Below are positions 13,830 to 25,489 of a stretch of DNA of 64,000 bases, piece after piece. Source of the DNA: Camelus dromedarius. Its lineage: Eukaryota. The position numbers were made by a program, and so were the translations under genes. Where the stretch lies: assembly GCF_036321535.1 (NCBI RefSeq), contig NC_087447.1:51028001-51092000 (forward strand). Direction: 5' to 3'. Numbering within the stretch: the stretch's first letter is position 1; the number at the start of each line of letters is the position of its first letter. Below the pieces are notes generated by a model that made no database searches, was not told the DNA's origin, and worked only from the letters and a program-made list of their open reading frames with translations.

Positions 13830-14365
13830 CATGTGCCTCTAGGCAGCAGCTGGCTCCCAACAATCAGCCACCTCTGCACCAGGGGAAGACCTGCGCCATC
13901 CAGGCAGACTGACCACTGACCGCACCAATGTGGCCTCTGACCCCTCTTCCAGTGAGGCGGCCTTGCTGGGATGCAGAGCTCCCCTCCATCCATCCCTGAA
14001 GCACCTGGTGGGTTCTAGTCCTGCCTTACTGAGACCTTCCCAGTTGTAAGAGCCTATGTTCCTTGGACACCATTCTTATCTCAGACCAGCCCCATCGTGA
14101 GACCTCTTTTGACTTTCTGTGGACCACCGGGACAGGGAATCAAGAGGACAGCCTCATTTTCCAGAGTGAGAACAACCAAACCAAACTAACCAAATCAAGA
14201 ATATTCTGAAATCTAAGGGGCTGGAATAATTCTCCTGGGTCAGGGAGCCTCCACTGGAGGTGAGGCAGACAGACCAGCTTTATACATTACAGTGTGAGTG
14301 CTGAGCCTCTGCTCTACTCTCCTCGATCACCTCAGGGCATAAAGCATGTGTTTCATCTTCTGGAC
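13830..14365 (+). other. MYO7A: MYO7A 3'UTR-like sequence with variant polyA signal CATAAA (14338-14343), no attached coding exon
   Basis: Colinear resemblance to the human MYO7A 3'UTR as I recall it (cttccagtgaggc, ctttgactttctgtg, ggaatcaagaggaca, gatcacctcagggcataaagcatg). MYO7A is the known tail-to-tail neighbour of GDPD4. Recognised from memory, not from an alignment. Confidence 0.72.
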
Positions 14366-14830
14366 CTGTAGCGTCTTTGCTGGGGGAAAGGGAGGGGCAG
14401 AGTGTGGAGGCAGGACAGGGCCCTGTGGGGGAGTGGCCATTATAATTATATCCTTGGTCTCTGTGTGCAGGGTCAAGCTGATCTGGGTTTAGGGGTTGAG
14501 GTGCCTGAGCCCACGGTGTGTGCTTGTAAGGGGCTCCAACAGGGACTGGCTGGGACCAGGGCAGGTTGGGGGGAAATGCTAGATGTCAGCCTGGGAAGTA
14601 GAGACATAAGTGTGGATGGGCTGGAGATCTAGGGGGGAACCAGCTTCTGGCCTTACCTAGAGCCATGGGTCCAGAGTGGCCCTTGCATCCTGCCAGAAAA
14701 ACCTCCTTGGTTCAAGAAACCTCCAAGAACCCCAGAAACAACGCTGCCGTGGGTTAAATCCTTATGTCCGGTGAGTACCTGTAAAATATTACTTTGTGAT
14801 GGAACAACCAAATTTGGACACAAAGTAATA

Positions 14831-16530
14831 TTTTGGGACTCATCCCCTAGTCTTTGTCAGTCTGAGTGACCACAGAAGGGTCCAAAGAGTATATCACTTA
14901 CCTTCTGGGTTCCTGAGGAGGTTGCCTTTATTTACATGCTGATGTTCACCCCAGCCACACATTTAGCCGGGAATATTACGAAGGGTTAGGATGAGATAAA
15001 TCCAGTTACACCCAGAAAGCAACCAGCTGCAACTCTAAGACTGCAACAACTATTTATTTTTCTTTGCTCATCCCCTTGAGACATTCTTTATTTAAAAAAA
15101 GTTAGACCAAAATGGTTTTCCTGAGAGCCTCAATGGCTCTTCTGCACTCTTCTTAACCACTCTCTACCATCGTCACCCTTAAGCACAGAGAAGAAGGCAA
15201 GGTGTGGCTAAATTTTCTCCAAGGATATCCTGTAGAAGAGTGACGGCATGCTAGTGGAGGAGGAATATACTGTTTAAAAGGATAACTGGGAGGATTCAAC
15301 AATGGGGTCTCAGGGTTGAATTTCAGGTTTGGAGCCTCTTTGAGTCCTACTTTCTTTGTGGCAGGGGGTCATTATGTTTCAGGGGAAGGGTGGTCTGTTT
15401 GATGACCCCTTGGGTGGGAACTTTGATTGATGGTCTTCTTGGGGGATGCTGGTGGTTTAACCTTCCCCTCAAGGGGGTGCTGGTGGTTTGACATCTCCCT
15501 TGGTGGACATTGGTGGCATGATCTTCTCCTTGGGAGACACAAGTGGTTTGATATCCCCCTTGGTGAGCACTGGTGGTACAATGTCACTCCTGTGGGACAT
15601 GGGTGGTTTGACATTCTCCTTGGGGGACACCAGTTGTCTAATGTCCCTCCTGGGGGATGTTTGTCATGACACTCTCCTTGAGGGTCAGTGGTGATTTAAT
15701 GTTCCCCTTGGGGGACACTGGTGGTTTGACATCCTCCTTGAGGGGCACTGATGATCTGATGTTCTTGGCAAGCCCTGGTAGAATAATGTTCCCCTTAGCA
15801 GGGTACTGGTTGTTTGATGGCTTCCTCCTTGGGCACTGCTGTGATACAGAGGGAGCTTGGGTCCCTGAGGGTTTTTTTGACCTAGACTGGCTGGAAGGTA
15901 GCCAGAGTCCAGGGGTCTTCCATGACTCTTTTTCTATGTTAGGGGCTCTTTCCTGAATGTTTATGGGGGATAGAAAAGATATCAACACAGATTCCTTAAT
16001 GTCATACTACCCCAATCTACGTTTCTTACATGGTGAACTCACAGCTATCTATCAAACCACTCCCACCTCCTCAGGCTCATTCTTCTCAGCTCCCTCCCCC
16101 AAGATTTTGGGCAAACTTACATATGGCTCTCCAATTCTGCCCAGCATAAAGAAGTCCATTATATGAGGGTAAGGCTTATCAAGGAAGCTCTTAGAAAGTA
16201 AGGACTAACATTTGCTTAAAGATTAAATATTTTATAACAATTGCTTCCAAATCAACTTATATGGAAAAATGAACACATTTCCCCACTAGACTATGAGCTT
16301 CTTGAGGGAAGGGACTTTGACTTGCCACTATACCTCCAGTTCTCAAAAAAATGTCTGTCACGTACTAGGGGCTTGGTAATTTTTTTTTATACTAATTTAT
16401 TGATAGAGAAACTGGTAGTACAGAGCTAGAGAATTCAGACCTATTCTAATACTCAAGACAAAATTTTAAATGGATAAAATAAAAAGAAAAAACTTATTTT
16501 AAGAGTTAACAATAATAGTGTGAAATTATG
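14831..16530 (-). pseudogene. Degenerate duplicate of the GDPD4 terminal exon with its 3'UTR and upstream intron
   Basis: Colinear with ~25146-26550, e.g. gggactcatcccctagtctttgtcag in both and gggatagaaaaga..aacacagat at both acceptor positions. The acceptor CAG reads TAA in this copy and the reading frame is shifted. Confidence 0.85.
15420..15840 (-). repeat. Degenerate 30-bp tandem repeat (~14 units) encoding 10-aa units
   Basis: + strand consensus approximately tggtggtttgacatyctccttgggggacac. Minus translation gives VSPKENVKPP, VLTKGDIKPL, VSPKEKIMPP, MSTKGDVKPP, VPLKEDVKPP and VSPKGNIKSP. Confidence 0.92.
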
Positions 16531-16569
16531 GAGCTCAAATCACAAAAAATAAAGAGAATGCAAAGAAGC

Positions 16570-17400
16570 AAGCCCAGATTCAACGTCTACAAGAAACTCA
16601 ATGTAGATATAAAGAAACACATAAATTAAAAGTAAAACGATAGGAAAAGATATATCATGTTAATTGTACTGAAAAGTAAGATGAAATTGCTGTTAACATT
16701 ACAGAAAGTCGATTTCAGAGCAAAGAATACTACCAGAAAAAAAGATCATTTCATATTGATAAAGAGATCATTTCATCAAGAAAACAATTCTAAATATTTA
16801 TGCAACTAATAACAGAGTTTCAAAACACATGAAGCAAACAGAAACAGGACTGCAAAGATAATAAACAAATATACAATTATACTTAAAGATTTATATACTT
16901 CACTGTCAATAACTAATAGAACTGGGAAGAAAATCAGTTAAGATATAGGCTTGAAAAACATTATTAACCAACTGGATCTAATTGACATTTATAGAACACT
17001 CACCTAATAATAGCAGAATACACTTTTTTTTTCAAATGCACATGGGAAATGTACCAAGATAGATCATATTCTGGGCCATAGAAATAGTCCCAATAAATTT
17101 AAAAGGATTTAAGTCATACAAAGTGTATCTCTGATGATGTAGAATTAAATTAGAAACTAGTAACATAAAGATATCTGGAAAATCCCCAATATTTGAAAAT
17201 TAACATACTTCTAAATAACCCATGGGACAAAGAAGAACAAACATTATCTGATTTCAAGACTATAAAGCTATAGGAATCAAGGCAATATGATACTGGAATA
17301 AAGATAAACAGATGAATGAAACAGACATCAAGTCCAATAGTAGATCACAAATATACAGAGAAATTTTTTATAAAGGTGCAAAGGTAATTCAGTGCAGAAA
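16570..17400 (+). mobile_element. Old L1 ORF2 fragments (endonuclease region)
   Basis: Motifs ctaattgacatttatagaacact and caagatagatcatattctgggccata. Confidence 0.7.
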
Positions 17401-17404
17401 TAAT

Positions 17405-18760
17405 ATTTTTACTGAAGTATACTTGATTTACAATATTGTATGTTTCAGGTATACAGCATAGTGATTCAGTATTTTTGCAGATTATATTCCATTATAGGTT
17501 ATTATGAGATAATTAATATAATTCTCTGTGCTATACAGTAAATCCTTGTTGCTTATTTTATGTATATATAGTAGTTTGTATCCAGTTTGTATCTGTTAAT
17601 CCCACACCCCAAATTTGCCCCTCCCTCCACCCTCTTCCAATTAGTAACCATGAGTGTTTTCTATGTCTGTGAGCCTTTGTTTTGTACATAGATTCATTTG
17701 CATTATTTTTTAAATTTCCACATGTAAGTTATATGGTATTTGTCTTTCTCTGTCTTATTTCACTAAGGATAATATTCTGTAAGTCTATCTACATTGCTGC
17801 AAATGGTAATATTTCATTCTTTTTTATGGCTGAATAACACCCAATCATTTGTTCATAGCACTCGGTTTCTTCTATGTCTTGGCTATTATAAATAGTGCTG
17901 TTATGAACACTAGGGCATGTGTATCTTTCCAAATTAATGTTTTCTTTTTTTTCCTAGATATATACCCAAGAGTAGAGTTGCTGGATCATATGGTAGCTCT
18001 GTTTTTAGTTATTTAAGGAATATCCATAGTGTTTTCCATAGTGGCTATACCGATTTACATTCCCACCAACAATGTAGCTGGGTTCCCTTTTCTCTAAATC
18101 TTTTCCAGTGCTTGTTATTTGTAGACTTTTTGATGATAGCTATTCTGACCAGTGCATGGTGATACCTCATTGCAGTTTTGATTTGCATTTCTCTAATAAT
18201 TAACGATGAGCATCTTTTCATGTGCCTGTTGCCCATCTGTATGTCTTCTTTGGAAAAAAGGTCTTCTGCCCATTTTTTGATTGGATTGTTTTTACATTGA
18301 GCTTTATGAGCTGCTTGTATATTTTGGATATTAACCCCTTGTTGGTTGCATCATTTGCAAATATTTTCTCCATTCAGTAGGTTAACTTTCCATTTTGTTG
18401 ATGGTTTCCTTTGCTGTACAAGAGCTTTTAAGTTTGATTAGGTCCCATTTGTTTATTTTTGCTTTTATTTATTTTGCCTCAGGAGACTGAGAGAAGAAAA
18501 TATCACTACAATTTATGTCAAAGAATGTTTTGCCCATGTTCTCTTCTAGTTTTATGGTGTCATGTCTTACATATAGGTCTTTGAACCATTTTGAATTTAT
18601 CTTTGTATATGGAGTGAGGGAATGTTCTAATTTAACTGTTTTACATGTGGCTCTCCAGCTTTCCCAGCACCAACTGTTGTTGAATAGACTGTCTTTTCTC
18701 CATTGTATATCATTGCCTCCTTTGTTGTAGATTAATTGACCGTAGATGCATGGGTTTACT
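17405..18760 (-). mobile_element. 5'-truncated L1 (ORF2 end and 3'UTR)
   Basis: ORF 18045..18236 [22 protein letters not shown] is the L1 ORF2 C-terminus. Confidence 0.85.
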
Positions 18761-19829
18761 CATGAGCCCTTCTTGGGGAGAACATTAAAAGATGAACTTC
18801 AACCAAGAAGAGATAAATGGAAAAACTAAAGCAAAAGGATTGTCTCAAATTAAGCAAAGTTGTAGAAATAAAGCCCAGAAAGCAGCAGAGTTGGTGCTGA
18901 AGATCCTAGTGGTGAGGACAGACCAGGAACTGCTGTGAAGAAAAGTGAAAAATGCAGAGAGGCTTTTGTGGGGATGGCATCTGGGAAATGTCAATAAAGA
19001 TTTACCCTAAGAAGAAGAGATCTCATATTGAACAGGAACTACTGAGGGCAGGTCTGAATCCTGGCATTGAGAACACTGGTATTGAAAGGAAAAGAGTTTC
19101 AAAGTTCAGGGGACTGGAAGGAAGTCTTCGAAGACACTGCTGCTAATGGAAAGAGAAGGAGGCATACTGGAAAGTGGTGGCATCCTGTGAAGGCAGAAGC
19201 CAGTTTCTAAAGAAAAGTAAGAAGGTATTTAACATTAGAGATACTATTGCAACAAGACAGAATAGAAGGACCATGGGAAACCTGTTTCCCAAAAGGTCAC
19301 TATACATTAAAGAAACTATTCTTTATTTTCAGCAACAAGAGAAGGAACCCTCAAACTAAGAAAAGTGGAAAGTGCCCAAGATTATCCTCTTCTATAACAT
19401 TATAGAATTGCCCTGCTAATAACTGGTCCATGAAATTCAAAATATTTTATTATGAACAAGAAAAGTTACACTGAAGTATTTTTACAGGGACACTGTGAGA
19501 ACCAACATAAAATAATAATAATAACTTCTGGGCAAGAATATGCGTACAAACAATTATGCCATGAAGCAAAGTAAAACTGTAACATGCTAACATGAAGTAA
19601 ATAAAAAATTTTAAACAAGCAACTACATATTTGAAAGAGTACTATGAAGCAAAAATTTAAAAACTCAGAGAGGATATGGGAAAGCAACAGAAAGATATGA
19701 AATGAAAACTGACAGGACTGAATGACAATGAAGAAAAAGACAAAGACTACCTTCAAGAAATACAAAGGATAAAAGCTGAGTAAGTGGCATAGAGAATAGC
19801 AATGTCCAAATTCAAGAAAATCAAACAAA

Positions 19830-20920
19830 TGAAGAAATCAAAAAATTAATTAGAACTTATAATGAACAATTCAAAAAGGAAATTAAAAATAAATCCATTT
19901 ACAATAGCATCAAAAGAATGAAATAATTAGGAGTAGATTTAACCAAAGAAATAAAAGATTTGTAAACTGAAAAATATCTGCTGAAAGTAATTAAGGAAAA
20001 TATAAATAAATGGAAATATATCCCATGTCCATGGACTGGAAGACTTAATATTGTTGAGATGACAATACTAAGTACCAAAGTACTCTACAGATTTAATGCA
20101 ATCCCTAATAAGTTCCCAATGGCATTTTTTCATATATTTAAATTCATATGAATTAAAAGGGACCCTGGAAAGCCAAATAATCTTGAAGAAGAACAAAGCC
20201 AAAGGACTTTTACATTTCCTGATTTCAAAACGTATCACAAAGCTACAGTAATTACAACAGTGTGATACTGGCATAAATACAGACATACAGATGAATGGAA
20301 TAGGACAAGAGAGCCCAGAAATAGCCCCCCAATATATGGTCAATTTATTTTAGGCAAGTGTGCAAGACCATTCAATGGGAAGAGAACAGTCTTTTTTACA
20401 AGTGGTAAATCCACATGAAAGAGAATGAAGTTGGACCCTTACTTAACTCCATATATGAAAATGAACTCAAAATGGATCAAAGATCTAAAGGTATGTGCTA
20501 AAAACTATAAAACTATTAGAAGAAAGAAAACATAGGGGGAAATTATGGCAAAACACTCAAAAGAATTAAAAGCAAGGGCATGAATAGATATTTGTGTGCT
20601 GATGTTTATAGCAGCACTATTCACAATAACCCAAACGTCTATCAGTTGATGAATGAACAAACAAAAGGTGGTATACTCATACAATGTAGTATTCAGTTTT
20701 AAACAGGAAGGAAATTCGGACATGTTACAACATAGATGAACTTTAAAGACATTATGCTAAGCAAAATAAGCCAGCCACAATAGGACAAACTGTATAGTTC
20801 TACTTATATGAAGTACTTAGTACAATCAAAATCATAGAAGCAAAATATAGAATAGCGGTTGCCAGAGACTGGAAGGAGGGGAGAAATGAGAGTTATTGTT
20901 TAATAGGTAAGGAGTTTCTG
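19830..20920 (+). mobile_element. L1 ORF2 and 3'UTR fragment (L1MB-like)
   Basis: Motifs ggaagacttaatattgtt, ctacagatttaatgcaatccc and ttggacccttac. Confidence 0.75.
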
Positions 20921-20924
20921 GGGT

Positions 20925-21440
20925 TTTTTTTCCAGTTTTACTGAGGTATAATTGACAACTAAAAATTTATATATTTAAGGTATACAACTTAATGTTTTGA
21001 TATACCTATATATTGTGAAATAATCACCACAATCGAGCTAATTAACCTCATATAATAATCACTAATCACCTCAAATAGTTACCATTTTCTTTTCTTTTCT
21101 GTGATGAGAACATTTGTGATTTACCTTCTCAGCTAATTTCCAGTATACATTCAGTGTTGTTAACTAAAGTCATACTGCTGTATATTACATCTCCAGAAAT
21201 TATTCATCTGTATAACTGAAACACTGAACCCTTTGACCAATATATCTCCATTTCTCCCTCCTTCTAGCAACTACTATTCTACTCTCTGCTTCTGTGAGTT
21301 TGACTATTTTAGATTCCACATATAAGTGAGATCATGACGTATTTGTCTTTCTGTTTCCAGATTATTTCACTTAGCTCCAGGTTCACTTACAGTGTGGCAA
21401 ATGGAAAAATTTCCTTTTTTTAAGGCTGAATAACATTCCA
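20925..21440 (-). mobile_element. L1 3' end (L1MA-like)
   Basis: T tract followed by gattccacatataagtgagatcatg and other antisense 3'UTR motifs. Confidence 0.75.
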
Positions 21441-24400
21441 TGCAAGAAAGTAACTGAGCTACTCCTACACTTTGGGCAAACAGGAAAAAACCCACATCAA
21501 ATTGAGGAGAGGCTGAGACACGATCCCACCATAAATCTCAACCCCAGCACAGCAACACACAAAAAGGAGGGAACTCACAATTCCCAGGTTTTTCCTTGAG
21601 GAGCAAAGGATTTGGACCCCACATGTGATGCCCCAACTTTTAATATTTCTACCTAAGATATGGGTCCCTAAAATATTTAGCTTTGAAAGCCAAGGGGCCT
21701 TGCATCTACCAAACCCAAAAGGCTATAGTGAACTAAGAGATAGTTTCTAAAGGGTTCATACAGATTCACCATGGCTAATACCCATGACTCAGTGCAGAAG
21801 CAGCAAACACAAACATACCCAGTTTTTCCATGAAGGATACCTACTTGTTTATCTTAATAGCTATGGCCAGAAGGGCAGGCTTCAAATTTAACGCATAGCT
21901 AGGTGTCAGCTGCAATACTCTCCAGGGTCCATGTAGGCCAGAGAGCACCATCTTCACGTTCTCCCTGCCTCTCTCCAGGTCATAAATTTATCTCCCAGAA
22001 AGGAGTCTGTGCATATGTCTGCACCCCAATTTTTATAGCTGCTGCCCAGGGCATGCCCTTTGATCACCTGCCTCTGGTGGCCAGTGAGACTTATGTTCAC
22101 AGGTCCCACCGGACTATAACAGAGGAACAGCTCTTAACTGGCTATGCCCCCAGGTCACAATAGAGGCAGCAGAGTGAAATGTTTGTTATTCTAAAAGCTG
22201 TAGCCTGAGGGGCAAGCTTCTAATTTAACACACATCAAGGAGCCAGTAATCCTTCCCAAAGACTAGGGAGACCAGCAAGTGCCATCTTTACTTTTTCCCT
22301 CTGCCCTGCCCCACATCGCCGGTGCAAACATCTGGTGACCTGGCTTTTGTGGTTGTCACCCAGGGGACATATCCCACAACAGCCTGGCTCTGATGGCCAG
22401 TGGAGTTTGTGTTCACAGGTTTAATGGCATGGTAGCAAAGAAAGAAACAGTTCATAACTGTCAATTCCTCCAAAGTTCAATGCAAAGGGAACAGACAGAA
22501 ACACCCATCTCCCAGCCTTTCCCTGAAAGAGCTATATTTGCATACTTTAAAAGCTGTTGCCTAAGGGTCTGGCTTCTAATCAGCAAGCATCTAGGTGCTG
22601 ACTGAGATCCTCCCCTTTGGGACACTGACAGGTCTTGGCACTCCCTCAACGTCTGGAGCCACTGAGAACAAAGAAGCCTGCTTAAACAATCACAAAGGCA
22701 TAAGAGACAAGGAAGAACTAGGACAGGGTTAAACAATAAGGTTCACCTCCTATACCACAACACTACTTCAAGACTGGGAGAGGTGACTGTTTTCTCTAAT
22801 GCGTAGAAACCAACACAGAGTCAAGGAAAAAGAAGAAATAGAGGAATAGCTTCCAAAAGAAAGAACAAGACATTAATGAAAAGGAGGTAAGTGAATTACC
22901 TGAGAAACAGTTCAAAATAATGGTCATAAAGATGATCACCAGGTCAGGAGAACAATGCATGAATAAAGTGAGAATTCAACAGAGATAGAAAATATGAGAA
23001 AGTACCAGAGAGAAATCACAGAGCTAAAGAATATAATAACTAAGCTGAAAAATTCAACAGAGGTGTTCAACAGCAGACTAAATGAAGCAGAAGAATGGAT
23101 CAACAAACTCGAAAACACAGCAGTGGAATTCATTCAATCAGAGGAGCAAAAAGAGTGAAAAACAGTGAAGATACAGCTTACGGGACTTTTTGGGCCACAT
23201 CAAAAGAACAAAAATGCACATGATAGGGGTTCCAGAAGAAAAGAGAGAGAAAGAAGTAGAAAACTTATCTGAGGAAATAACAGCTAAAAACATCCCTAAC
23301 CTGGGGAAGGAGACAGACATTTAGATTTAGGAAGCTCAGAGAGGTCCAAATAAGATAAACTGAAAGGGACATAGACCAAGACACATTATAATTAATTGTC
23401 AAAAGTTAAACATAAGGAGAGAATCTTAAAACAGCAAGAGAAAACAATTTGTTATGTAAAAGGGAACCCTTATAAGACTATCAGCATACTTTTCACTAGA
23501 AACTTTGCAGGCCAAAAAGGAGTGGCACAATATATTCAAAGTGCTGGAAAACAAACAAACAACGGCTGACCAAGAATACTCTACCCAGCAGAGTTGTCCT
23601 TCATTATTGAAGGAGAGTTAAAGAGTTTTCCAGACAAGCAAAGGCTGAAAGATGAAAGAGTTTAGCACCACTAGACTGCCTGTACAAGAAGATGTTAAAG
23701 GGACTTCTTTAGGCTGAAGCAAAAGAGCACTGATTAGTAATAGGGAAATATATAAAAGTATAAATCTCACTAGTAAAGGTAAATATATAGTTAAATCTAG
23801 ATTAATCTTATGTTGTAATGGTGCTATATTAATTATTTATAAATCTAGTATGAAGGATAGAAGACAAAAGTAGTAAAAAATTACTACAATATTACATTAA
23901 TGGATACACAAAATAAAAAGTAAATTGTGACAGCAAAAACATAAATCATTGAGGGGGAGAATAAAAATGTAAGCTTTAGCATGTGTTCAAGTTTAAGTTA
24001 TTATCAACTTTATTTACTTCGTTTTTTCGAGGGGGGTGGTAATTAGGTTTATTTACTTATTAATGGAGGTACTGGGGATTGAATTTAAGACCTCTTGCAT
24101 GCTTGACTATACCCTCTCCCTCTTATTATCAACTTAAAATAGACTATTATAAATATGTTTTATGTAAGCCTCATGGTAACTACAAAGCAAAAACCTATAC
24201 TAGATAAAGAAAAAATAGAGAGGATTAAGCATGCCACTACAGAAAATTATCAAATCATGAAGAGAGAAGAAAAAAGGAACAAAGGAATTAGAAAACAATC
24301 AGAAAATAACTAACAAAATGATAGAAGCCCATACTTCTCAATAATTACTATAAATGTAACTGGACTAAATTCTCTAATCAAAAGACACAGAGTGGCTGAA

Positions 24401-24550
24401 TGAATGGAAAAAAAAAACAAAACACCAAGACCCAACTATATGCTGTTTACAAGAGATTCACTTGAACTTTAAGGAAATACTCAGACTGAAAGTGAAAGGA
24501 TGGAAGTAGATATTCCATGAAAGTGGAAACCAAAAGAAAGCTGAAAGAAA
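21441..24550 (+). mobile_element. L1 5'UTR (with monomer-like repeats), ORF1 and start of ORF2
   Basis: ORF1 motifs at ~22850-23700. ORF2 endonuclease start (tctcaataattactataaatgtaactggactaaattctctaatcaaaaga) at ~24335. Confidence 0.8.
24011..24122 (-). mobile_element. Vic-1-like SINE with internal deletion, nested in L1
   Basis: Antisense ggaggtactggggattgaa...ctataccctctccc. TSD ttattatcaactt at 23998-24010 and 24123-24135. Confidence 0.82.
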
Positions 24551-25047
24551 AAAATTCCACTGGCAATTAGTAATTTTCTGCTTGGTGATAGTTTTTCCAC
24601 TTTCTTACCTTAAAGACTTATTTAAACAGATACATAAACAGACTCATCTTGACTTGATAACTTGAGAATTTTGATGTGATAATCTTGACTAGACTATCTA
24701 CACTAGATTATATCTCATCTGAAGGAGTGGCAATATTCTATTCTTGTCAGTCTAGAGGACAAGACTTTAGAGCTTATACCTAGGTTTAATTAATAACCTA
24801 TTCTAAAATATTCCATTTTTAGTTCATTGCACCACTTCTTTCATTTGGTAGATCCTAGGCATTTCTTCTTTCAGATTATCCAGGCTGATAAAGCCCTAGA
24901 CAATTGCTGTGGCTCTGATTTCTACTCAAGGCCTAGAATTATTGGGCTGGCATGGGATTAATGCCCATCACCCCAGCTGGGGAAATCAGCCAACAAGAAG
25001 CTACTAGAAAGCATCCCACTGCATACTGGATGACAGGGTGTATTGTG

Positions 25048-25103
25048 TGGGATGACATCTTTTGCCCCCAACTTATGGGATGACATCTTTTGCCCCCAAC
25101 TCA
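25048..25103. repeat. 28-bp direct tandem duplication
   Basis: tgggatgacatcttttgcccccaact(t/c)a occurs twice. Confidence 0.95.
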
Positions 25104-25238
25104 TGCTCATGCCACTTCTCATTCTCTGACTCAAGATGGCATTACTTTGGGACTCATCCCCTAGTCTTTGTCAGCCTGAGTGACCACAAAAGGGTCCAAA
25201 GAACACATCATTTACCTCTGAATTCCTGAGAGGTTGCC

Positions 25239-25244
25239 TTTATT
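25239..25244 (-). terminator. Probable GDPD4 polyadenylation signal AATAAA
   Basis: tttatt on the + strand about 245 nt after the stop codon. It is retained in the paralogous copy at 14927-14932. Confidence 0.6.
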
Positions 25245-25489
25245 TATATGCTGTTCACCGTAAATGAGATAAAACCTGTAATACCCAGAGAACAATCAGC
25301 TCTGCTCCAAGACCACAACAAACATTTTTCCCTTGTTGATTCCCTTGAGATGCATTCTTTATAGAAAGGTTAGCCCACAATGGTTTTTCTGAGAGCCTTA
25401 AGGGCTCTTCTGCAAGCCCTTCTTGGCCACTCCAGACCATCACTACCCTCAGGCATGGAGAGCAAGAGGAAGAAGGGGGAAAGTTGTGG

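Noticed and set aside
15420..15840. CRISPR-like array
   Set aside because: Contiguous degenerate 30-bp units with no unique spacers and no cas genes, in a mammalian context.
18780..19830. HAL1-like element or novel coiled-coil gene
   Set aside because: A-rich and ORF1-like but too degenerate to assign, with no intact frame.
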